From assembly GCA_041648575.1 (NCBI GenBank), contig JBAZOT010000001.1:31298-95297 (forward strand): DNA of 64,000 bases. Reading direction: 5' to 3'. Positions 57,431-64,000 of the stretch are shown one piece after another. The position numbers were made by a program, and so were the translations under genes. The stretch comes from Patescibacteria group bacterium (GTDB lineage: Bacteria; Patescibacteriota; Patescibacteriia; Veblenbacterales; UBA10138). Position 1 is the first letter of the stretch, and each line of letters begins with the position of its first letter. The notes under the pieces were generated by a model. The model ran no database searches. It had not been told where the DNA came from and saw nothing but the letters and a program-made list of their open reading frames with translations.

Positions 57431-58516
57431 ATGAAAAAAGAAGATGAATATATAAGCATAATTAGATCATCCGGCTTACGTCACGTCAGTTCTAGAAATC
57501 TACCCTTGATAACGGTTAGCTGTATTTTTTTTGGTTATAATGAAATACTTAAAAGTCAGGTTGGTTATCAATACGGCACAATTGCTAATATTGGCATAAA
57601 AGATAATGCATATTTTCTGATCAATGAGGATAAAATTGGTAGGTTATTCGATAAATTTGTAAGTAAGAGAAAAGAAAAAATTTTAATAAAAAAATTTTCT
57701 AAAAAATTAATTGATAATAAAAGTGTTTTGAAATCTTTGATGTCTAAAAATTATTTCAATTCACTTCCAACTATTTTAGACTTGTATCTCCAAGTGCTAG
57801 GTCAAATTGGTTTTTATAATTCTATGATGAGGTATATCAAGGATGATAAAAACAAAGCCAAATATTGGCGAAGTTTGTTTAATTTTGTATCAAAAGATAA
57901 AGATAGGGTAGCAAACTTAATTTATTGCGTTATTGAACCTTTATTAAAAAAAAGTTGCCAGAGTATAGGTAGAGATTTTAATTTTGATGGTGATCTTTTA
58001 AAATATATGACTTTACGGGAGATGCAAGAGTATTTATTAACAAAAAGAATAAATAAAAAAATATTACTAACTTTAAAGAAAAGGAGAGAAGGTTATGTTT
58101 ATTTATATTATAAAGAAAAAGATTATGTACTAATTGATAAACCTTTTGTTCATAAAGTATATAAGGAATTTATTATTCCGAAAAAAATAGTTAATATAAT
58201 AAAAGGCGTGCCGGCTTATCCTGGTAAAGTTGTTGGAAAAGTATTTAATACTTTTCATGGTTTAAAAACAGTCAAGCATGGTAGTATATTAGTTACAAAT
58301 GTCACCAATCCGAAAGATAATGTTTTATTAAAAAAGTTTGCTGCTATTGTCACTAATGAAGGTGGTTTACTCTCGCATGCTTCAATAATCTCAAGAGAGT
58401 TTAAAATTCCTTGTATTATTGGTACCAAAATAGCTACGCAAATATTTAAAGACGGGGATAGAGTGGAAGTAGATGCTAATAAGGGGATAGTTAAATTATT
58501 AAAAAAGAAAAGTTGA
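57431..58516 (+). CDS. Protein with C-terminal PEP-utilizing-enzyme mobile (phosphohistidine swivel) domain; N-terminal 270 aa unassigned
   Basis: C-terminus …TNEGGLLSHASIISREFKIPCIIGTKIATQ…DGDRVEVDANKGIV matches the GG-x-SHAAI-x-RE-x-x-P-x-VVG swivel His motif. Confidence 0.6.
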   Translation: MKKEDEYISIIRSSGLRHVSSRNLPLITVSCIFFGYNEILKSQVGYQYGTIANIGIKDNAYFLINEDKIGRLFDKFVSKRKEKILIKKFSKKLIDNKSVLKSLMSKNYFNSLPTILDLYLQVLGQIGFYNSMMRYIKDDKNKAKYWRSLFNFVSKDKDRVANLIYCVIEPLLKKSCQSIGRDFNFDGDLLKYMTLREMQEYLLTKRINKKILLTLKKRREGYVYLYYKEKDYVLIDKPFVHKVYKEFIIPKKIVNIIKGVPAYPGKVVGKVFNTFHGLKTVKHGSILVTNVTNPKDNVLLKKFAAIVTNEGGLLSHASIISREFKIPCIIGTKIATQIFKDGDRVEVDANKGIVKLLKKKS

Positions 58517-59988
58517 TGGATAATCGTAACTTATTGAAACAAATTAATAAGGTTGATTGGGAATATGTTATTAATCGCCGGGAAGCGTTGCTATTTCGAT
58601 CTCTGACAGATACTTGCTATCAGTATCAAGTCATTGGCATCCATTGGAAACCTAAATACATTTTGCGTTTAATAAGCGGAGAATTTTATCATAGCCACCA
58701 CGAGTTGGAGGGGTTGCGTAACAGCATAGCTGAGTATAGTGATAGATTGGGAACTGATTTTAAAACAAGACTCCTAAAGTATATTGGTAATCTAGATAGA
58801 TTAGCATCCCGAATTGAGGAAATTGATTGTAATAAATTAAACCATCGTCAGATTATAAGTTTGCTCGTTTCCTATTATCAAGCGGCACTTAAAGCGCATT
58901 GTTTTTTATTACCTTTTCCAGTAGGAGATAGTATTATTGCCTCAGAAATAATCAAGTTGCTCCTTACTGCCTCAGATGAGCAAAAACGTCGGTGGTTGGC
59001 TATTTTATCTTCTCCAGCTAAAGAAAATAGCCATACCCAAGAAGAGCGCTCGTTATATCGTTTGGCTATTGCCTATCAAGTAAATAAACAGCAATATATC
59101 AGATTACTACGAAAGCATGTTAATAAATATGCCTGGATAGGAGCACGGGGATATTATTTTGATAATGCCTGGAACAAAAAAGATATTGAAGCTAGGGTTA
59201 AAAATTTATTTTTTCAAGGTAAAAATCCTGCCAAAGAGCTTAAATATCTTGATAATTTCCAAAAAGACCAGAAACGTGCCAGGACTGAATTAATTAAAGA
59301 GCTTAAGATAGATAAAAACCCCCGCCTTTATAGATTAGTTAAACTAGCTTCTGAATTTGCTTATATACGCACTTGGCGTACTGATTTAATCTATAGAGCA
59401 GGTTACAAAGTGCGCCATCTTTTTTATAAGGTGGCTGATAATTTAGATGTTTCCCACAGCGACATTATTTATCTGACATTTCAGGAAATTATTACTTCGG
59501 CAAAAAAAGGTGAGTCATCAATACCAAAAAGTGAAATAATTAAACGCCAACAATTTTTCGCTGCCTTCTTATTACAAGGTAAATATCAAGTTTTGTCTGG
59601 TAATATTTGGAAGCAGCTGTTAAAAAATTATAAGCATTCATCTAAACAGGAAACAGAATTCACTGGTACGTCTGCCTATACAGGTAAAGTCATCGGTAAA
59701 GCAAAAATAGTGATGCAAATTCGTGATATAAGTAAAGTTCAGGCTGGCGATATATTAGTGGCGCCTATGACTTTTCCAAATTTTATTGCAGCCATGGAAA
59801 AAGCCAGTGCTTTTGTGACTGACGAAGGTGGAATATTATGTCACGCCGCTATTATTTCTCGCGAAATGAAAAAACCTTGTATAATAGGCACTAAAATTGC
59901 TACTCAAGTTTTGAAGGATGGTGATTTAGTAGAGGTAGATGCCAATAAAAGGATTGTAAAAATATTAAAAAAATCCCGATTCAAGTAA
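58513..59988 (+). CDS. Paralogous protein with C-terminal PEP-utilizing-enzyme mobile domain; N-terminal ~400 aa unassigned (RPH/PEP-synthase-like middle domain?)
   Basis: C-terminus …TDEGGILCHAAIISREMKKPCIIGTKIATQ…DGDLVEVDANKRIV; start overlaps the upstream stop (ATGA). Confidence 0.6.
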   Translation: MMDNRNLLKQINKVDWEYVINRREALLFRSLTDTCYQYQVIGIHWKPKYILRLISGEFYHSHHELEGLRNSIAEYSDRLGTDFKTRLLKYIGNLDRLASRIEEIDCNKLNHRQIISLLVSYYQAALKAHCFLLPFPVGDSIIASEIIKLLLTASDEQKRRWLAILSSPAKENSHTQEERSLYRLAIAYQVNKQQYIRLLRKHVNKYAWIGARGYYFDNAWNKKDIEARVKNLFFQGKNPAKELKYLDNFQKDQKRARTELIKELKIDKNPRLYRLVKLASEFAYIRTWRTDLIYRAGYKVRHLFYKVADNLDVSHSDIIYLTFQEIITSAKKGESSIPKSEIIKRQQFFAAFLLQGKYQVLSGNIWKQLLKNYKHSSKQETEFTGTSAYTGKVIGKAKIVMQIRDISKVQAGDILVAPMTFPNFIAAMEKASAFVTDEGGILCHAAIISREMKKPCIIGTKIATQVLKDGDLVEVDANKRIVKILKKSRFK

Positions 59989-60015
59989 TTTTTGAATCGG
60001 GATAATTATTAGACA
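59983..60015. terminator. 11-bp perfect hairpin TCCCGATTCAA/TTGAATCGGGA between the convergent genes (includes the stop of the upstream gene); bidirectional terminator
   Basis: Seen directly. Confidence 0.55.
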
Positions 60016-60035
60016 ACTTTCACCCACTATGATTT

Positions 60036-60623
60036 TTAATCATTGAGGTATTCAAACACCCCTGCGTTAGGATTGTATCTGAAAATATGAATTAGATCTT
60101 TCCACATTTCTTCACTGCGAGCCCATCCTTTAAGCATTTCAGTATTAGTAACTCCTCTAGCCCAACCAATAAGTCCCGCGACTATCGGTCTGTGTGTACC
60201 AATTAGTACTTTTACTTCTCCTGACATGTCTTGAGATAGATGTGACATTCGTAGATTATTGGTAACAAATAATATGGCGTTCTTTTGCCAATAATCGTAC
60301 CATTCTTTTTCACATTGGGGATAAAAATATGTTTTTCCACTTTGTCGACTAGCATGTTGACCAAGAAGACGGCTTGTCCGCCAATCCATATTAAGAGCCA
60401 TACACAGTATTGAATTGACATCATTACCGCGACATAACCGCGATGAGTACGCGAGATCGAATGGTCCTAATTCCTTGATTTTAGGAACAATGGATTGTAT
60501 CTGCATCATTCCTTGTTCATTCATTGGGGGATTTGATAGTAACACTGGGTCTTCAGTTGTTTGAAATTTCATCTTATCACCATGCACGACGAATACAATT
60601 GTAAAGATCATTATTTTCTCCAA
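60036..60623 (-). CDS. Histidine phosphatase superfamily (phosphoglycerate-mutase-like) protein
   Basis: N-terminal VFVVHGD (RHG-like) and a second His block IGTHRPIV; assignment moderate. Confidence 0.45.
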   Translation of the reverse strand: MEKIMIFTIVFVVHGDKMKFQTTEDPVLLSNPPMNEQGMMQIQSIVPKIKELGPFDLAYSSRLCRGNDVNSILCMALNMDWRTSRLLGQHASRQSGKTYFYPQCEKEWYDYWQKNAILFVTNNLRMSHLSQDMSGEVKVLIGTHRPIVAGLIGWARGVTNTEMLKGWARSEEMWKDLIHIFRYNPNAGVFEYLND

Positions 60624-60756
60624 GTTTTGTTTTTCATTAGTTATTTTGTTTTAAAATCAATTAAGTCTAGCAAGGAGATGTTTATTTGTCAAGAGTTAGA
60701 ATAATTGCAATAATTAGAATAGATTGCTTCACCCCGTCTGACGGGGTTCGCAATGA

Positions 60757-61030
60757 CTATCAAGGGTTTATGAGTAAACGTTCACTTAAATTAGAAATAA
60801 TGCAAAAAATGACTGAATTAGCTACAGCTGGTTTTGGCTTGGTAGCAGCATTGGCTTGGAACGATGCTATTCAATCTTTATTTAAAAAATTATTTGGTAC
60901 ACAGTCAGAGGTTTGGGCAAAATTTGTTTACGCCTTAATTATTACTGGATTAGTCGTACTGATAACTATGCGTTTAGGAAACTTGGTAGATAAACTTAAA
61001 CATCAAGATAATAATGATAGCGAAAAATAA
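60757..61030 (+). CDS. Small two-TM membrane protein (91 aa); the ORF-track start at 60686 (TTG) is probably too far upstream
   Basis: ATG at 60757 (MSKRSLKLE…), two hydrophobic helices. The region upstream of that ATG is occupied by hairpins. Confidence 0.4.
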
Positions 61031-61037
61031 AATGTAC

Positions 61038-61099
61038 TGTCATTGCGAGCGAAGCGAAGCAATCTAGATTACTTCGTCGCTAAAGCTCCTCGTAATGAC
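61038..61099 (+). repeat. 31-nt TGTCATT…AATCTAGA element (61038-61068) inside a long imperfect hairpin with its inverted partner GTCATTACGAG (61089-61099)
   Basis: Shares its 7-nt prefix and 8-nt suffix at identical 31-nt length with 63017-63047. An inverted GTCATTGCGAA copy lies at 60747-60757. Confidence 0.5.
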
Positions 61100-61124
61100 T
61101 AAAAAGAATTATCATTTGTAAAAT

Positions 61125-62921
61125 ATGAAAGATTTGCGTGTGAATAATTTGAACTGGAAAATTGGCGGTCAAGCTGGTTATGGTATTTTATCAGCTGGAG
61201 AGATTTTTGCTTATTCATGCCTGCGAGGTGGTTTAGAAACTTTTGCTTATTTAGAATATCCTTCATTAATTCGTGGCGGGCACAATACTTATCAAGTATG
61301 GGTGCGAGATGATAATGTGCAATCTCACTCTTCACAAGTCGACTTGTTAGTGGCACTTAACAAGGAAACTATTGATCGTCATATTAACGAACTTAATGAA
61401 GGCGGTGTTTTGATGTATGACACAAATGATAAATTTTTAAATGAGTGGACTTGCCCCCGACAGGATATTATTTGTTTTGGCATGCCGCTTGGTAGTTTAG
61501 CGGAAAAAGCTGGTGGCCAAAAAATGATGAGTAATGTGGCAGGCGTGGCTGCCTCTTTTGCCTTGGTTAAATATCCATTTGAATTAATAGAAGAATTTAT
61601 TACCCGAGCTTTTAAAAAAAAGGGTGAGGAAGTTGTTGATATAAATTTGGAAGTAGCGCGTGTTGCTTATGAACATGCGATTAAAAATTTCACTGGCAAG
61701 TTTGCTTGTGAATTAAAACCCAAGAAGGTTAAAGAAAAAAGAATGCTAATTAATGGCAATGAAGCCATAGCTATGGGTGCTATTAAAGCTGGATTGAAAT
61801 TTTTTGCTGCTTACCCAATGACGCCAGCTTCGTCAATTTTACATTATTTAGCCAGTCAAGAAAGAAATTATAGTATTGTGGTTAAGCAAACTGAAGACGA
61901 AATATCAGCCATGAATATGGTTGCTGGTGCTGGCTTTACTGGGGTGCGGGCAATGACTGCAACCTCGGGTGGTGGTTTTGCCCTGATGAGTGAAGCTTTG
62001 GGTTTGGCTGGCATGGTGGAATCACCAGCAGTAATTGCTTTGGTACAACGCCCAGGACCAGCTACTGGCCTGCCCACTTGGACTGAACAAGGAGATTTGC
62101 GTTTTGCCATGCACGCCGGGCAAGGAGATTCGCCGCGCGTTATTTTAGCTCCAGGCGATCCAGAAGAATGCTTTTTTATGACTTTTGAAGCATTCAATAT
62201 TGCGGAAAAATATCAATTGCCAGTAATTATTTTAAGTGATAAATATTTAGCTGAAGCTAAGCAATCGATTCCTTTTTTTAAAACCGATAAATTAAAAATT
62301 GATAGGGGAGATATTGTTAATTCTGTTAATCAATTGGAATATGATAGATTTAATCGTTATGCTGATAGCACTACAGGGGTTTCAGCTAGAACCTTGCCTG
62401 GAACACTCGGCGGAATTTTTACTGCTAATAGTGATGAACATGATGTTACTGGTTTAGTGGAAGAGAGCGAGGAAAATAGAAAAATCATGATGGATAAAAG
62501 AATGCGTAAATTGCAATTATTAAAAAATGGAATTAAAGATTCGGTTAAACTTTATGGACCAAAAAATGCTGATATTACTATCGTTGGTTGGGGATCTACT
62601 AAAGGGGCGATACTTGAGGCTATGAAGATGATCGAGAGCGAGTCTATGAAGGCGAAGTCCGGTACCGAAACGCGTAGCGGGTCTGGTACGCGGGTAAACT
62701 TTTTACAGATAAGATTATTAAGTCCCTTTCCTGTAAAAGAAGTAGATAGTGTTTTACGTCAAGCTAAATATCGGTTGTTAATTGAAAATAATTTTTCCGC
62801 ACAACTTGGTGGATTAATTCGTGAGAAGACAGGTATTGAGATAACCGATAAGCTTTTAAAGTACGACGGCCGACCAATACATCCAGAAGAAGTGATTGAG
62901 AAAGTTAATTCAATCAGGTAA
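61125..62921 (+). CDS. 2-oxoacid (pyruvate/2-oxoglutarate):ferredoxin oxidoreductase, fused gamma + alpha subunits
   Basis: N-terminal gamma-subunit domain (GGQAGYGILSAGEIFAYSC), then alpha-subunit POR_N domain (INGNEAIAMGAIKAGLKFFAAYPMTPASSIL) and alpha domain III. No beta (TPP/Fe-S) subunit follows. Confidence 0.8.
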   Translation: MKDLRVNNLNWKIGGQAGYGILSAGEIFAYSCLRGGLETFAYLEYPSLIRGGHNTYQVWVRDDNVQSHSSQVDLLVALNKETIDRHINELNEGGVLMYDTNDKFLNEWTCPRQDIICFGMPLGSLAEKAGGQKMMSNVAGVAASFALVKYPFELIEEFITRAFKKKGEEVVDINLEVARVAYEHAIKNFTGKFACELKPKKVKEKRMLINGNEAIAMGAIKAGLKFFAAYPMTPASSILHYLASQERNYSIVVKQTEDEISAMNMVAGAGFTGVRAMTATSGGGFALMSEALGLAGMVESPAVIALVQRPGPATGLPTWTEQGDLRFAMHAGQGDSPRVILAPGDPEECFFMTFEAFNIAEKYQLPVIILSDKYLAEAKQSIPFFKTDKLKIDRGDIVNSVNQLEYDRFNRYADSTTGVSARTLPGTLGGIFTANSDEHDVTGLVEESEENRKIMMDKRMRKLQLLKNGIKDSVKLYGPKNADITIVGWGSTKGAILEAMKMIESESMKAKSGTETRSGSGTRVNFLQIRLLSPFPVKEVDSVLRQAKYRLLIENNFSAQLGGLIREKTGIEITDKLLKYDGRPIHPEEVIEKVNSIR

Positions 62922-63016
62922 TTTTTTAACAATTAGACATCTCAATTAATTTTGTCATCCCGAACTTGTTTCGGGATCTCATAAAGATGCTGAAATAAAT
63001 TCAGCATGACCAACTG

Positions 63017-63047
63017 TGTCATTCAAGCCACTAAGCTGGAATCTAGA
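63017..63047 (+). repeat. Second copy of the 31-nt TGTCATT…AATCTAGA element, preceded by TGTCAT-hairpin (62953-62982) and the ATGCTGAA/TTCAGCAT hairpin
   Basis: See 61038-61068. Confidence 0.5.
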
Positions 63048-63140
63048 AACAAAGAAGATAAAAAGTTAACAAAATGAGCCCCATCACGATTGAATTGATG
63101 ATTAAAACATGATATAATTATTTTGATTAGTATCTTATCT

Positions 63141-63395
63141 ATGACACATCCCAAAACCATTCCTAAAGATCTTTTTCCAGTACTGTGGTCTTATGATGTG
63201 GCCAAGCTTGACCCCTGGCGTGATCGACATTCGATAATTGTGAATACCGTTAACTACGGCGACCTTAAACAATGGCGGTGGTTGGTGGAAAGCTATGGTA
63301 CCAAGGAAGTGCAGCAAGTACTCGGAGAAGCCAAGAGCTCCACAGTACTCCGCCGCCGAGCGCGCAAGCTTTTCTCCTTACTCTTAACAGTATGA
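63141..63395 (+). CDS. Small protein upstream of the AbiEii-like nucleotidyltransferase (putative cognate antitoxin partner)
   Basis: Stop lies 8 nt before the ATG of the AbiEii-like gene; GC ~45%. Conserved-looking WSYDVAKLDPWRDRHSIIVNTVNYGDLKQWRW segment. Family assignment uncertain. Confidence 0.4.
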   Translation: MTHPKTIPKDLFPVLWSYDVAKLDPWRDRHSIIVNTVNYGDLKQWRWLVESYGTKEVQQVLGEAKSSTVLRRRARKLFSLLLTV

Positions 63396-63402
63396 ACCTG
63401 TT

Positions 63403-64000
63403 ATGCACCGTGAGGCTTTAACCGAAGAGGGGGCGAAGCTCTGGCCGCAGTTGGCCAGCTTGGGCGATTTTTATTTGGCTGGTGGCACGGCCGTGGCTTT
63501 GCAGCTGGGGCACCGCGTGTCGGTTGATTTTGATTTTTTTAGCGATAAGTCCCTCTCGCTTGATTTGTTACCCTCTATTGAGCGGCTTTTTAACGAACAA
63601 AAACAACGAATTATGGTGAATAATAGTGAAGAATTAACACTCCTGATCAGCGACACCAAACTTACTTTTCTCAAATATCCCTTTCCACTGCTCTATCCCA
63701 CAATTCTCGTGGAGAGGGTACAGCTGGCGACGATTGCTGAACTCGCCGCCATAAAAGCTTACACTATTGGACGACGGGGTAGTTTTAAGGATTACTTTGA
63801 TTTGTATAGCATTTTACAGTCAGGATATGCTTTAACCACCGTGATTGCCGACGCAGAAAAAAAGTACCGCGATAACTTCAACTCCCGACTATTCTTAGAA
63901 CAGCTTGTGGATCTATCGGACATTACCGACTCTGCTTTACGTTTTTTGGTGCCGGTTATATCGCCGCCAGAGGTTGAACAATTCTTTTCTGGCGCTGTGA
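63403..64000 (+). CDS. Nucleotidyltransferase AbiEii/AbiGii toxin-family protein (DUF1814-like), partial: continues past window end
   Basis: N-terminal LAGGTAVALQLGHRVSVDFDFF matches the AbiEii 'GGTAL…R.S.DlDF' NTase motif. GC ~48% against ~33% background. Confidence 0.6.
   Translation, partial: MHREALTEEGAKLWPQLASLGDFYLAGGTAVALQLGHRVSVDFDFFSDKSLSLDLLPSIERLFNEQKQRIMVNNSEELTLLISDTKLTFLKYPFPLLYPTILVERVQLATIAELAAIKAYTIGRRGSFKDYFDLYSILQSGYALTTVIADAEKKYRDNFNSRLFLEQLVDLSDITDSALRFLVPVISPPEVEQFFSGAV

Noticed and set aside
60686-60756. N-terminal 24 codons of ORF 60686-61030 (TTG start, MSRVRIIAIIRIDCFTPSDG…)
   Set aside because: This stretch is occupied by hairpins (GCAAT…ATTGC, CCCCGTC…GACGGGG) and the inverted GTCATTGCGA repeat. 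An ATG with downstream membrane helices at 60757 is the more plausible start, so the upstream part is treated as a structured leader.
1-64000. CRISPR arrays, rRNA genes, prophage or integrase genes
   Set aside because: No spaced direct-repeat array, no rRNA-like conserved stretches, and no integrase/transposase/capsid-like ORFs were seen. The foreign islets lack recognisable mobility genes within the window.

Overview
This is a low-GC (~33%) window that looks like a small-genome monoderm bacterium, possibly Patescibacteria/CPR-like; that lineage call is an inference. The supports are a type IV pilus operon without a secretin, fermentative POR/PduL/AckA metabolism, a reduced and split dcw cluster, and a SecA with a C-terminal zinc finger.

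Core content on the + strand runs in this order:
- corA;
- mraZ-rsmH-ftsL-ftsI-murF, with a recognisable MraZ operator (three GTGG repeats at 10-bp spacing) and a consensus sigma70-type promoter upstream;
- a short-chain L-threonine dehydrogenase;
- tRNA-Glu(CUC) flanked by unresolved tRNA-like fragments;
- a minus-strand S41 protease and the minus-strand pilB-pilC-pilM-pilN-pilO operon;
- mraY-murD-ftsW-murG-murC, a ~1.9 kb GC-rich insert, then murB;
- prs, hpf, speA-speB, the NfeD-flotillin-(beta-CA-like) operon, secA, an RsbW-like kinase plus GAF protein, HAD/CYTH proteins, an ABC exporter, secD-secF;
- Rrf2-sodA-sufCBDSU;
- pfkB-pduL-ackA, two tandem PEP-utilizer swivel-domain proteins, a fused gamma/alpha 2-oxoacid:ferredoxin oxidoreductase, and an AbiEii-type nucleotidyltransferase module at the window end.

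The most notable items are:
- Three compositionally foreign, higher-GC islets. One is a lipoprotein plus small-peptide insert splitting murC/murB and carrying a MITE-like or riboswitch-like structured element. One is an outer-membrane beta-barrel-like gene, anomalous for a monoderm. One is an AbiEii TA-like module directly downstream of a POR gene whose beta subunit is missing from the locus.
- SecD carrying an embedded, apparently permuted parvulin PPIase domain.
- A translationally coupled pair of proteins with orphan phosphohistidine swivel domains.
- A family of TGTCAT-containing 31-nt repeats flanking the POR gene.
- A GAF gene next to an anti-sigma kinase that lacks any canonical start codon.

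No CRISPR array or rRNA is present.
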